A DNA stretch of 64,000 bases from an uncultured Gemmatimonadota bacterium (GTDB taxonomy: Bacteria > JAAXHH01). Both the position numbers and the translations under genes were made by a program. Positions 1-9,031 of the stretch are shown here, one piece after another. The stretch's first letter is position 1; the number at the start of each line of letters is the position of its first letter. The notes under the pieces are model-generated. The model was not told where the DNA came from, ran no database searches, and worked only from the letters and a program-made list of their open reading frames with translations. The stretch is taken from the NCBI GenBank assembly GCA_951812955.1, contig OX638340.1, positions 384,001 through 448,000 on the forward strand. The letters run 5' to 3'.

Positions 1-71
1 TTCATAGGAATTCACCATCAATCCTGGCGCCCCTACATGTTTCTCAAGAACGACCGGCCGGAAGAAATACT

Positions 72-818
72 ATGGCCTACCAGGTAAGGCTCGAACACTT
101 CGAAGGGCCGCTGGACCTGTTGCTGTACCTGATCAGGGAACACGAGGTGGATATCTACGACATCCCCATCTCGCTGGTCACGCAGCAGTACCTTCAGTAC
201 CTCGAGCTGCTCAAATTACTCGATCTCGAAGTGGGCAGCGAGTACCTGCTCATGGCGGCGACGCTGTTGCGCATCAAGTCGAAGATGCTCCTGCCCCGCA
301 GGTCCGAAGAGGAGGAAGACGAGGCCGTCGACCCCCGGGAAGAACTCGTGCAGCGATTGCTGGAATACCGGCAGTTCAAGGAAGCGGCCGGTGTGCTAAA
401 CGCGCATCAGGACCGTAGTGCCGATGTGTTCTACCATCCGCCGGCGGAGAACGTGGACGAAGACCTGAACGGAGTGGAAACGCTCGATACCCGTCTGGTC
501 GGCAACCTGAATCTCTGGGACCTGCTCCAGGCTTTCAAATTCACGCTCGACCGTGCAAGAGACGATTTCGACCGCACGGTAGAGCGGGAGACCTTATCGA
601 TCGAGGACCGAATGGACGATATCCTGGACAATCTGAAGAAACAGAAGAACCTCTTTTTCAGTTCGCTGTTCCAGGAAGACCTCTCCCGCTCCTTTCTGAT
701 CGTTACATTCCTGGCCCTGCTGGAACTGATCCGGCAGAACAGGGTGGTTTTCGAGCAGACCGATACGCTTGGGGAGATCTGGCTGACCCTGTCCGATTCG
801 GTTAATCCATCGACGTGA
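72..818 (+). CDS. scpA: Segregation and condensation protein A (kleisin ScpA)
   Basis: 248 aa. N-terminal LDLLLYLI...VDIYDIPI...QYLQYL pattern typical of ScpA. ScpB follows 14 bp downstream. Confidence 0.85.
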   Translation: MAYQVRLEHFEGPLDLLLYLIREHEVDIYDIPISLVTQQYLQYLELLKLLDLEVGSEYLLMAATLLRIKSKMLLPRRSEEEEDEAVDPREELVQRLLEYRQFKEAAGVLNAHQDRSADVFYHPPAENVDEDLNGVETLDTRLVGNLNLWDLLQAFKFTLDRARDDFDRTVERETLSIEDRMDDILDNLKKQKNLFFSSLFQEDLSRSFLIVTFLALLELIRQNRVVFEQTDTLGEIWLTLSDSVNPST

Positions 819-831
819 GGAAACAGTCCGG

Positions 832-1506
832 ATGCAGAAGAAACTGATCATGGACCAGGCGCAGCTCGACGAATACCGCGCGATCACGGAAGCCGTGCTT
901 TTCGCGAGTGACGCGCCGCTTAGCCTGAATGAACTCAGCCGCATCATGGACGATGTGGGCGAGGAAATGATCGGAAATTGCATCGAAGCCCTGAACGAGC
1001 GGTATGCGCAGGGCGGCCACGGTTTCGAAATCCGGCTCGTGGCCAACGGTTACCAGTTCAGCAGCAAGGTGGCTTACGCAAAGTGGATACGCCGGCTCTA
1101 CCGGGGCAGGATTCCATCCCGCCTGACACAGGCGGCCCTGGAATGTCTGTCGATCGTCGCGTATAAGCAACCCATCAGCCGATCCGAGGTGGAGGCGATA
1201 AGGGGTGTGAATGTCGACGGCGTATTGCGTACGCTGCTGGACCGCAACCTCATTCGTATCGCTGGCCGTGGGGAAGGCGTCGGCCGGCCGATTCTCTATG
1301 CGACAACGAGTGATTTTCTCAGGTATTTCGGGCTGAACAAGCTTTCGGACCTGCCCAAGCTGGACGAATTGAACGAATTGTTGAAGGAACAGGATATCGT
1401 GCTGGACGAAGATGACGAAGAGCCCGACCCGTCGCTGTTCCCGGGACCTGGGATAACGGCTGGCGAAACGGATGGGAAGATTGTATCCAGAGATGAGACT
1501 GAATAG
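832..1506 (+). CDS. scpB: Segregation and condensation protein B
   Basis: 224 aa. Tandem winged-helix ScpB pattern (SRSEVEAIRGVNVDGVLRTLLDRNLIRIAGR...GRPILYATT). Adjacent to scpA. Confidence 0.85.
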   Translation: MQKKLIMDQAQLDEYRAITEAVLFASDAPLSLNELSRIMDDVGEEMIGNCIEALNERYAQGGHGFEIRLVANGYQFSSKVAYAKWIRRLYRGRIPSRLTQAALECLSIVAYKQPISRSEVEAIRGVNVDGVLRTLLDRNLIRIAGRGEGVGRPILYATTSDFLRYFGLNKLSDLPKLDELNELLKEQDIVLDEDDEEPDPSLFPGPGITAGETDGKIVSRDETE

Positions 1507-2206
1507 ATACATGGCCCGGGCGGGCGTCGCCTCCCGGAGACACAGCGAATCGATGATCGTGGCCGGCCGGGTTAAACTGAACGGAGAGAAGGTAGTTTCC
1601 CTGGCCACGCGGGTTCAGCCCGATTCCGATGTCGTGACAGTCGATGACAGGCCGTTGAAGGCGTCGGAAACCCGGAGATGTTATCTGCTCAACAAGCCGG
1701 CGGGATACCTGACCACTTTGCGCGATCCTTTCAACCGGCCGACAGTCGCCTCGTTGATCCGGGACATCCCGGAGCGCGTCTTTCCCGTTGGCCGGCTGGA
1801 CCGCGACACGGAGGGTCTTCTGCTCTTAACCAACGACGGTTCTTTGAGTTACAGGCTGATGCATCCCCGATTCGGTTTTGAAAAGGAATACCACGTACTG
1901 GTAAAGGGCGTGCCGGGTGAAGGCACGCTGCGAAGGCTGAGAGAAGGTATCGAGATCGACGGCCGGACCACGGCGAGTGCGGGCGTGGCGGTGCTTCGGT
2001 GCACGAAGCACTGCACCTGGCTCTCGATCGTGCTGCATGAGGGACGCAAGCGTCAGGTTCGAAGAATGTTCGACCGTGTGGGGCATCCCGTGAAGCGGTT
2101 GATCAGGGTGCGCCTGGGCGGACTGGCCGACCGGGATCTGCCGGCCGGGAAATGGCGCGTGCTTACGCCAGGAGAAATCGAGGATCTGGAGCCGGTGGCC
2201 GTATGA
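1493..2206 (+). CDS. rluB: rRNA pseudouridine synthase (RsuA/RluB family) with N-terminal S4 domain
   Basis: MRLNRYMARAGVASRR S4-like start. Catalytic motif GRLDRDTEGLLLLTNDG. I chose the internal ATG at 1493 because the conserved N-terminus begins there; the track ORF starts at 1472. Confidence 0.8.
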   Translation: MRLNRYMARAGVASRRHSESMIVAGRVKLNGEKVVSLATRVQPDSDVVTVDDRPLKASETRRCYLLNKPAGYLTTLRDPFNRPTVASLIRDIPERVFPVGRLDRDTEGLLLLTNDGSLSYRLMHPRFGFEKEYHVLVKGVPGEGTLRRLREGIEIDGRTTASAGVAVLRCTKHCTWLSIVLHEGRKRQVRRMFDRVGHPVKRLIRVRLGGLADRDLPAGKWRVLTPGEIEDLEPVAV

Positions 2207-2289
2207 CCGGTTGAAAGACTGTTTTTGTTCGGGCGGACCTGCCCCGGCGTGACGGCGGTCCGTGTTTTAATTCATCAAGGAGGATTGAC

Positions 2290-4233
2290 ATGCCAGAGGA
2301 CACACCGAAGACATCCGAGGTCGAGGAGACCGAGGAGTCTTCTTCACCCGTCCAGTCCGCGGAGGCGGCTAAAGAGGTATCCACGGAACCACCTGTGCCG
2401 GAAGCGGAGGCCGATGCGGCAGCGGAGTCACCCGTCGAATCGGAGACTGCCGTCGCGACTGAGACTGCCGTCGAAACGGAGCCCGTTCCCCCGAAGCGGC
2501 CCTTCAGGCTGCCCAAGTGGGTGGATGAGCAGGACCTGAATCAACAAGAACTCGAAGAATACGAGCAGATGTTCCAGATGTACGACGAGACCCTGAAGGA
2601 TATCGTGGAAGGCGAGATCGTTCCCGGCCACGTAATCGCTGTTGAGAACGGTGAAGTCATTATCGACGTAGGGTTCAAGTCGGAAGGCGCGATCTCGCTG
2701 TCCGAGTTCACCGACCCGGACGAGCTCGAAGTCGGCCAGAACATCGAGGTCTTCCTGGAGGATATCGAAGCCCAGGAAGGGCAGGTCGTACTGTCGAAAC
2801 AAAAAGCCGATTTCATGAAGGTGTGGGACAAGATCAAGGACGCCCACGAAGAAGGCGCCGTGGTGGAAGGTCAGATTCTGAGGCGCATCAAGGGCGGCCT
2901 GGTGGTCGATCTGTTCGGTGTGGACGCCTTCCTGCCCGGTTCCCAGGTGGCCCTGAAGCAGACGCCGAACCTGGACCAGTTTATCGGAGAAAAGCTTCCG
3001 TTCAAGATCATCAAGCTGAACAAGAGCCGCAGGAATATCGTAGTGTCGCGCCGCGTGGTGCTCGAGGTGGAGAAGGAGCGCCAGAAACAGGCCATCATCG
3101 CCGAACTGGACCGCGGACAGGTACGCAAGGGTGTGGTCAAAAACATCACGGATTTCGGCGCTTTCGTGGATTTGGGCGGCATCGACGGACTGCTGCACAT
3201 CACGGATATCTCGTGGGGACGCATCGGCCACCCTTCCGAACTGGTGACGATCGGCAGCGAGATTACCGTGGCCATCCTGGAATTCGACCGTGAACGGGAG
3301 CGCATCTCGCTCGGCCTCAAGCAGCTCGAGCCTTACCCGTGGGCGAACGTCGAGGAGAAATATCCTGTTGGTTCGAGAATCACCGGGCGGGTCGTCAGCA
3401 TCACCGACTACGGCGCCTTCGTGGAGCTCGAACGGGGCGTCGAGGGACTGATACACATCTCGGAAATGTCATGGACGAAGCACGTGACCCATCCGTCGAA
3501 GATGGTAACAGTCAACGAGAACGTGGACGCCGTCGTCCTCAAGGTGGATCAGCAGAACGAGAAGATCTCCCTGGGCATGAAACAGACCCAGCCGGACCCG
3601 TGGCAGTCACTCAACGACCGGTACACCGTGAATACCATGATCCGGGGGCGCGTGCGCAACATCACCGCGTTCGGCGCTTTCGTGGAAATCGAGGAGGGCA
3701 TCGACGGGTTGGTCCATATCTCCGACATGTCCTGGACGCGACGCATCAAACACCCGAGTGAAGTCGTCAAGAAGGGTGAGGAGATCGACGTCATGGTCCT
3801 CAACATCGATCCCGATGCCCGGCGCGTATCCCTCGGCATCAAGCAGGTCACCGAGGATCCCTGGCTTTCGCTTGCCGAGGTATACCCGGTAAACACCGAG
3901 ACGACGGGCGTCATCATCCGCCTGCTCGAACGGGGTGTGGTCGTGGAGCTTTCGCACGAAGTGGAGGGATTCGTCCCCATTTCGCAGCTCAATCATCCGG
4001 AAATCAAGCGACCGGGCGACGCTTTCAAGGAAGGCGAGGAGATTCCGCTTAAGGTCATCGAATTCGATGGGAAGAACCGCCGGGTCGTGCTGAGTGTCAA
4101 GGCTTACTTCCGCGATCGGGAGCGGGCCGAAATCGACGACTATCTGAGCAAACACCCCGTTGCGAGCACCGTGATCGGCGATGTGGTGGCGGTGGAAGAA
4201 AGCGCCGTGAGCTCGGAAGAGACGGACGGTTGA
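2290..4233 (+). CDS. rpsA: 30S ribosomal protein S1 with a ~80-aa acidic N-terminal extension
   Basis: 647 aa with six S1-domain repeats (GxV.GxVxxItdfGaFVdl...GLlHISe). RBS aaggagga lies upstream of the ATG. Confidence 0.9.
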   Translation: MPEDTPKTSEVEETEESSSPVQSAEAAKEVSTEPPVPEAEADAAAESPVESETAVATETAVETEPVPPKRPFRLPKWVDEQDLNQQELEEYEQMFQMYDETLKDIVEGEIVPGHVIAVENGEVIIDVGFKSEGAISLSEFTDPDELEVGQNIEVFLEDIEAQEGQVVLSKQKADFMKVWDKIKDAHEEGAVVEGQILRRIKGGLVVDLFGVDAFLPGSQVALKQTPNLDQFIGEKLPFKIIKLNKSRRNIVVSRRVVLEVEKERQKQAIIAELDRGQVRKGVVKNITDFGAFVDLGGIDGLLHITDISWGRIGHPSELVTIGSEITVAILEFDRERERISLGLKQLEPYPWANVEEKYPVGSRITGRVVSITDYGAFVELERGVEGLIHISEMSWTKHVTHPSKMVTVNENVDAVVLKVDQQNEKISLGMKQTQPDPWQSLNDRYTVNTMIRGRVRNITAFGAFVEIEEGIDGLVHISDMSWTRRIKHPSEVVKKGEEIDVMVLNIDPDARRVSLGIKQVTEDPWLSLAEVYPVNTETTGVIIRLLERGVVVELSHEVEGFVPISQLNHPEIKRPGDAFKEGEEIPLKVIEFDGKNRRVVLSVKAYFRDRERAEIDDYLSKHPVASTVIGDVVAVEESAVSSEETDG

Positions 4234-4243
4234 TCGCCGGCGC

Positions 4244-5731
4244 ATGACCCACGGGACAGAGGTTTCAGTGGCTCATCCGGCCGTGGCCTTGGCGGATGCT
4301 TCTCCGACGGTGGCCCTGCATACGCTCGGCTGCCGTCTGAATCAGTACGAGACCGAGGCCATTCGCGAACAGTTTGTTTCCCGGGGCTTTCGCGTCGTGC
4401 CCTTCAACGGTCCCGCGGATGTCTACGTCGTCAATACCTGCACGGTGACGAACCAGGCCGACGCGCGGGCCCGGCAGACGCTTCGCCGGGCCGTGCGTCG
4501 CCGGTCCGAGTCCATCGTCGTAGCGACGGGCTGTTACGCCCAGACTCATCCAGAACAGCTTCTGGCAATCGAAGGCGTTGACCTCGTCCTCGGCAACGCG
4601 GAGAAGGGCGGGCTCGTCGACCGCGTGCTGAGTTTGCGCGCGGACGATCCGCCTGTTTCCCAGGTGACGCGGCGGGCGGAGATGTCGCGATTCGACGAGC
4701 GTCTCGACGTTTTCGCCTTCGAGGACCGAACACGGGCTATGCTGAAGCTCCAGGATGGTTGCGACCAGTTCTGCTCGTTCTGCATCATACCCTGGGCCCG
4801 CGGCCGTCACCGCAGCCTGCCTCCGGACACCGCGCTGCGCCAGGTCCATTCCCTGATAGACAGAGGTTACGCCGAAATCGTACTCACTGGCGTTCACCTC
4901 GGTGAATACGGTACCGATCTGCCCACGCCCGTCACGCTAAATTCGGTCGTCCGTCAGATCCTGGAGCAGACCGGACTGCCCCGCCTGAGGTTGAGTTCTA
5001 TCTGGCCCACGGCGGTGAACCGGGAATTGATCGATCTGCTCGGGAACCACGCGCCGAGACTGTGCCGTTACACGCACCTGGCCGTGCAACATGGCGACGA
5101 CAGCCTGCTGCACGCCATGCGCAGGACGTATACGGCCGGTCAGGCCGAGGACGTGGTCTGCCGGCTCGTGGACGCGGTGCCCGATATCTGTATCGGCGCT
5201 GACATCATGGTCGGGTTCCCGGGGGAGACCGACGCCTCCTTCCAACGTATGTACGACTGGTTGGACCACCTTCCCTTCGCCTATTTCCACGTGTTTTCCT
5301 ATTCCAGGCGGGACCATACCCGGGCGGCACGCATGCCGGACCAGGTGCCCCCTTCGACGGCACGGGAACGCAGCCAGTTGCTTCGGACGTTGAGCGATCG
5401 GAAATCAGCGGCCTACCACAGCCGTTTCAGGGGCAGGGTCCTGCCCGTACTGGTCGAGGATGAATACAGTGGACCGCCTGGTCCGCCTGGTCCGCCTGGC
5501 CCGGACGGCCAGGTCGGCGCGCACAGTCCGGACGACCTGTCTGGCCCGCACAGTCCGACTGGCCCGCACGATCGGGGCATGACGGGGAGAACGGACCACG
5601 GTCTCAGATGCTGGTTCGATGGGCGGGCAGAGCAGGTGAACACCTTCGTCGAAATGGAAGTGTTGTCGACCGACGCCCGGGGTGCGGCCGGCAGGCTTAC
5701 GGAACCCGTCGACAACCCTGAAATGGATTGA
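4244..5731 (+). CDS. mtaB: Radical-SAM methylthiotransferase (MtaB/MiaB family) with a low-complexity insertion in the TRAM domain
   Basis: MTTase N-domain (LGCRLNQYETE). Radical-SAM core CxxxCxxC (DGCDQFCSFCIIPWARG). The C-terminal TRAM region is interrupted by GPPGPPGPPGPDGQVGAHSPDDLSGPHSPTGPH. Confidence 0.8.
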   Translation: MTHGTEVSVAHPAVALADASPTVALHTLGCRLNQYETEAIREQFVSRGFRVVPFNGPADVYVVNTCTVTNQADARARQTLRRAVRRRSESIVVATGCYAQTHPEQLLAIEGVDLVLGNAEKGGLVDRVLSLRADDPPVSQVTRRAEMSRFDERLDVFAFEDRTRAMLKLQDGCDQFCSFCIIPWARGRHRSLPPDTALRQVHSLIDRGYAEIVLTGVHLGEYGTDLPTPVTLNSVVRQILEQTGLPRLRLSSIWPTAVNRELIDLLGNHAPRLCRYTHLAVQHGDDSLLHAMRRTYTAGQAEDVVCRLVDAVPDICIGADIMVGFPGETDASFQRMYDWLDHLPFAYFHVFSYSRRDHTRAARMPDQVPPSTARERSQLLRTLSDRKSAAYHSRFRGRVLPVLVEDEYSGPPGPPGPPGPDGQVGAHSPDDLSGPHSPTGPHDRGMTGRTDHGLRCWFDGRAEQVNTFVEMEVLSTDARGAAGRLTEPVDNPEMD

Positions 5732-5758
5732 CAGGGCTCCTCATCGCCCGTTATATTG
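5728..5758 (+). promoter_or_regulatory. Putative sigma70 promoter for tRNA-Arg (TTGACA-N17-TTATAT)
   Basis: TTGACA at 5728-5733, a 17-nt spacer, TTATAT at 5751-5756. The tRNA begins ~18 nt downstream. Confidence 0.45.
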
Positions 5759-5773
5759 CCGCATGAAAAGCTT

Positions 5774-5847
5774 GCGCCAGTAGCTCAGCTGGATAGAGCG
5801 ACGGCCTCCGGAGCCGTAGGTCAGAGGTTCGAATCCTCTCTGGCGTA
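5774..5847 (+). tRNA. tRNA-Arg (anticodon CCG)
   Basis: Cloverleaf folded by hand. Acceptor GCGCCAG/CTGGCGT; D arm GCTC-AGCTGGATA-GAGC; anticodon stem ACGGC/GCCGT with loop CTCCGGA (anticodon CCG); T arm AGAGG-TTCGAAT-CCTCT; discriminator A. No encoded CCA. Confidence 0.85.
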
Positions 5848-5896
5848 TAACCCCCGCGGATCAGCCTTCTCTGGCGTATATCCCCGCGGATCAGCC
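5838..5896. repeat. Tandem direct repeat (29 + 28 bp) duplicating the tRNA 3' end (att-like)
   Basis: ctctggcgtataacccccgcggatcagcc (5838-5866, begins inside the tRNA) and ctctggcgtatatccccgcggatcagcc (5869-5896). Confidence 0.8.
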
Positions 5897-6640
5897 CCGC
5901 CCTCCTGCCTGGTCATCATCGTCTTCTTCGCCAAGGTAAAGTTCGTTTTTCAGCAGATAACTTACCGTGGATGCATACCAACGGGTTTCCCTTGAAACCG
6001 CCGATGCACGTTTGGTGGGCACCTTCTGCTCATTGAGTTCATCCGCGATCTTGCGCAGGCTCCTGCCCTCGGCCCGCCAGTGCTTCACCTGCCTGATGAT
6101 CTCCTGCTCCCTTGAGTTGGGCACCAGCTGATTGCCGGACAGGTCGTATCCGTAAGGGATCGCGCCGTAAACGAACCGGTTGTTCTTTTTTTTCCGTATC
6201 CAGTTCTTCGTCCGCTCGGCGGGCAGGTCGCGGGCCAAACCGGCCAGCACGTTGAGCGTGCTCAGCACCACCTTCCCCTGTTCCTGATCGGTGCGGATGG
6301 ACATGCCATCGAGATCCAGCACGTGGCATATGATGCCTGCGCCGGACCAGGCCCCGAGGCAACCCGACATTTCGGCCGCTGACCTGAACAGCCGGTCGAG
6401 TCGCCAGATAACGATATGCTGGATGCCCTTCGATTCAACCGTGTTGGCCAGGTCCCGGCCACCCAGCCGATCCTCGAGCGGGATGAACGCCTCGACTCGG
6501 ATGTCGGGAATCACCAGCATGATGTCGAGGTCGTTTTCCGCGCAGTAGGACCTGAGCCGCTTCTCCTGGTCGGCCCTTCGAAAGGGATGCTTCCGGGTCT
6601 CCATCGGACCGACCCTGATATAGCATACCGCCTTTTTCAT
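5891..6640 (-). CDS. Truncated, degenerate serine recombinase (resolvase domain plus recombinase domain; catalytic Ser replaced by Gly)
   Basis: 249 aa. N-terminal MKKAVCYIRVGPME aligns to the serine-recombinase YxRVSTxxQ motif, but here it reads RVG-P. Resolvase-type LDRLFRS and recombinase-domain GAIPYGYDL are present; the zinc ribbon and coiled coil are missing. The stop codon lies inside att-like repeat B. Confidence 0.6.
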   Translation of the reverse strand: MKKAVCYIRVGPMETRKHPFRRADQEKRLRSYCAENDLDIMLVIPDIRVEAFIPLEDRLGGRDLANTVESKGIQHIVIWRLDRLFRSAAEMSGCLGAWSGAGIICHVLDLDGMSIRTDQEQGKVVLSTLNVLAGLARDLPAERTKNWIRKKKNNRFVYGAIPYGYDLSGNQLVPNSREQEIIRQVKHWRAEGRSLRKIADELNEQKVPTKRASAVSRETRWYASTVSYLLKNELYLGEEDDDDQAGGRG

Positions 6641-6887
6641 CTGGCGTCTCCCGGACCGTCTGGACCATGCCTTTTTGATGTCTCTTTAATTACTAAACAT
6701 ATTTTGTGTCTTTTCCCGATCCAAGGACTTTTTCGAAGCCGGCAGTGAAGGGGTCGGGAATCGACGTAAAACTTTTTGCTTGCTTGGTTTAATATGCCCC
6801 CATATATTAGAGCGGTGCTGCAGAAGTGGGCGAAGTAGTGCCCGCTTTTTTTTATGTGTTTTTCGTGCTGAAACTCGAAAATGCGCG

Positions 6888-7370
6888 ATGGAAACTGACC
6901 GTGATTCAATCCTTCGGAACGTCTCGTCACTCGCCAGGCCGATCGTCGACGAAGCCGGGTTCGAATGGGTGGAAATGGAACTGGCGGGTAGGCAGGGCAG
7001 TTTCGTCCTCAGGCTGCTGATCGATAAGCCGGGTGGCGTCACGATAGACGACTGTGTGGCAATCAATCGCGAATTGTCCAGCCTGCTCGATCAGGAAGAT
7101 CCCATTCCATCCCGCTATACGCTCGAAGTCTCTTCACCTGGCCTGGACCGGCCGTTCAAGACGGAAAGAGACTACCGGAAAGCCGTCGGTAAACGGGTAA
7201 AGGTCGTAACCGTGGACGACGACGGCGGGCAGGTCACCCGGATAGGGTGGCTCGAAGGCATTGAGGACGGCACGGTTGAAATCGTCTGTGGCGACGTAAA
7301 ACATCGTATTTCCGTCGCAAGCATCAGGAAAGCCCACCGGGAACTGGATCATGGATGGGAGAACGGTTAG
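6888..7370 (+). CDS. rimP: Ribosome maturation factor RimP
   Basis: METDRDSILRNVSSLARPIVDEAGFEWVEMEL...LEVSSPGLDRP is the RimP signature. The internal ATG at 6888 was chosen; the upstream part of the track ORF lies in AT-rich non-coding sequence. Confidence 0.85.
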   Translation: METDRDSILRNVSSLARPIVDEAGFEWVEMELAGRQGSFVLRLLIDKPGGVTIDDCVAINRELSSLLDQEDPIPSRYTLEVSSPGLDRPFKTERDYRKAVGKRVKVVTVDDDGGQVTRIGWLEGIEDGTVEIVCGDVKHRISVASIRKAHRELDHGWENG

Positions 7371-7388
7371 GAGAGGGAGTCACTGGTA

Positions 7389-8648
7389 ATGAATTACGAG
7401 GTCATCGAGGCGCTGGCACAGATCATCCGTGAAAAGAACGTGGAGCGCGAAGTGGTCTGGGACACGGTGAAGACCGGCCTGATCACGGCGGCGAAGAAGC
7501 GATTCGGCACGGGCGACGACAACGTCGATGTGCGGATCGACGAAAAACTGGGAACGATCGAGATGGCTGCGGTCTGGGAGGTTGTGGACGAGGTGGAGGA
7601 TCCCGAGACGCAGATCAGCCTCTTAACGGCGAAGGGAATGGATCCGGAGGCGGAAATCGGGGGAAGAGTCGAACAGGCCCTGGCCTTCGAAGAGTTCGGC
7701 CGCAACGCGATACAGGCGGTGAAACAGGTCGTCGTGCAGCGCGTCCGGGAGGCGGAGCGGGAAAACGTCTATGAGATGTACAAAGACCGGGTCAACGAAA
7801 TCATAATCGGCAGCGTCCAGCAGGTGGACAGGGGCAATATCATCGTCAAGATAGAGCGCACCGAGGCGTTGCTTCCGTGGCGCGAGCAGATTCGGCGGGA
7901 AAGGTACCGGCAGGGTGAGACCATACGCGCCTATATTCTGGACGTGCAGAACGACATAAAGGGTCCCCAGGTCATTCTTTCGCGAAGCTGCGAGGCTTTC
8001 CTCGAACTCCTGTTCAGGATGGAAGTGCCGGAAATACACGAGGGCATTGTGGAAATCAAGGCATCTGCCCGGGAGCCCGGCGACCGGTCCAAGATCGCCG
8101 TCCTCTCACACGATGACCGGGTCGACGCGGTCGGGGCGTGCGTGGGTATGAAAGGCACCAGGGTACAGGCGGTCGTCCGAGAACTCAACAACGAACGTAT
8201 CGACATCGTGCCCTGGAGTAACGATCCGTCCTCCTTCGTGACCCAGGCGCTGCGTCCCGCCGAAGTAGCACAGGTCCAGATCCTGGACATCGAGAAAAAG
8301 GACATGCGCGTGGTCGTCGAGGATGACCAACTCTCGCTGGCCATAGGGAAGGCGGGCCAGAATGCCCGGCTCGCAGTAAAACTCACCGGATGGAATATCG
8401 ATCTGATCAAGCGTTCGGACCTCGAGAAGCAGCTCATCTCCGAGACATTCGGCTCGGATGACTCCGAATCGGAAGAAGCCGGATCGATTGCCGAAGTCGA
8501 CGGCATCTCGGAGAAGCTGGCTCAGAAGCTGGAAGACGCCGGCTACACGACGGTGGAGTCCCTTCAGCAAGCGACGGCCGACGAACTTCAGGCCATTTCA
8601 GGGATCGGCGGCGTGACGGCCGTCAAGATCATGACCGCGGTGCAGTAA
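7389..8648 (+). CDS. nusA: Transcription termination/antitermination factor NusA
   Basis: 419 aa with S1, KH and C-terminal HhH regions (VKIMTAVQ end). Conserved rimP-nusA-infB context. Confidence 0.9.
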   Translation: MNYEVIEALAQIIREKNVEREVVWDTVKTGLITAAKKRFGTGDDNVDVRIDEKLGTIEMAAVWEVVDEVEDPETQISLLTAKGMDPEAEIGGRVEQALAFEEFGRNAIQAVKQVVVQRVREAERENVYEMYKDRVNEIIIGSVQQVDRGNIIVKIERTEALLPWREQIRRERYRQGETIRAYILDVQNDIKGPQVILSRSCEAFLELLFRMEVPEIHEGIVEIKASAREPGDRSKIAVLSHDDRVDAVGACVGMKGTRVQAVVRELNNERIDIVPWSNDPSSFVTQALRPAEVAQVQILDIEKKDMRVVVEDDQLSLAIGKAGQNARLAVKLTGWNIDLIKRSDLEKQLISETFGSDDSESEEAGSIAEVDGISEKLAQKLEDAGYTTVESLQQATADELQAISGIGGVTAVKIMTAVQ

Positions 8649-8667
8649 ACGTAAAGGACCTGCAGTC

Positions 8668-8985
8668 TTGCAGAAAAGCGATAATCCATCCGTAACCGGT
8701 CTGCTGGGCCTTGCCGTACGCGCCGGACAGGTAAAGGGCGGCGCCGAAGCGGTTAAGAAGTCTATTCATGGCGGCAAGTCCCGGCTTGTCATCCTGGCCG
8801 CGGATGCCTCCGAGGGAACGAAACGCTCGTTCAGGAGACTGGCGGGTACACGGGGCGTACCCGTGCTCGAATGTCATACCAGTCTGGAACTGGGCGCGTG
8901 TCTGAATCGGGCGCCCAAAGCGGTGATTTCCATATCAGACCGGCATTTCGCGAGCGGAATGCTGAAGAAGGCATCTCCAGCATGA
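8668..8985 (+). CDS. ylxQ: L7Ae-family RNA-binding protein (YlxQ-like)
   Basis: 105 aa, GLAVRAGQVKGG...GKSRLVILAADAS pattern. Sits between nusA and infB. No ylxR/DUF448 gene is present. Confidence 0.7.
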   Translation: MQKSDNPSVTGLLGLAVRAGQVKGGAEAVKKSIHGGKSRLVILAADASEGTKRSFRRLAGTRGVPVLECHTSLELGACLNRAPKAVISISDRHFASGMLKKASPA

Positions 8986-9031
8986 GCCCCGGCCGGAACG
9001 ACCGGCACGTACAGAGGAAACTTTTACGCAT

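Larger units (their letters stand above)
5838..6887. mobile_element. Putative decayed integrative-element remnant next to tRNA-Arg
   Basis: tRNA 3'-end duplication, a recombinase pseudogene-like ORF, and an AT-rich ~250-bp tail (6641-6887). TCTGGCGT occurs at both ends of the recombinase gene (5871-5878 and 6640-6647). Confidence 0.4.

Noticed and set aside
2428-3456. Long antisense ORFs opposite rpsA (2428-3456), pnp (13584-14792), leuA (30189-31898), the PHP protein (42695-44380), the acylase (54591-56759) and others
   Set aside because: Each is antisense to a gene with clear domain evidence. These are high-GC reading-frame artefacts.
8649-8667. Missing ylxR (DUF448) between nusA and ylxQ
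   Set aside because: Only a 19-bp gap exists. Absence of ylxR is lineage-variable and not remarkable by itself.
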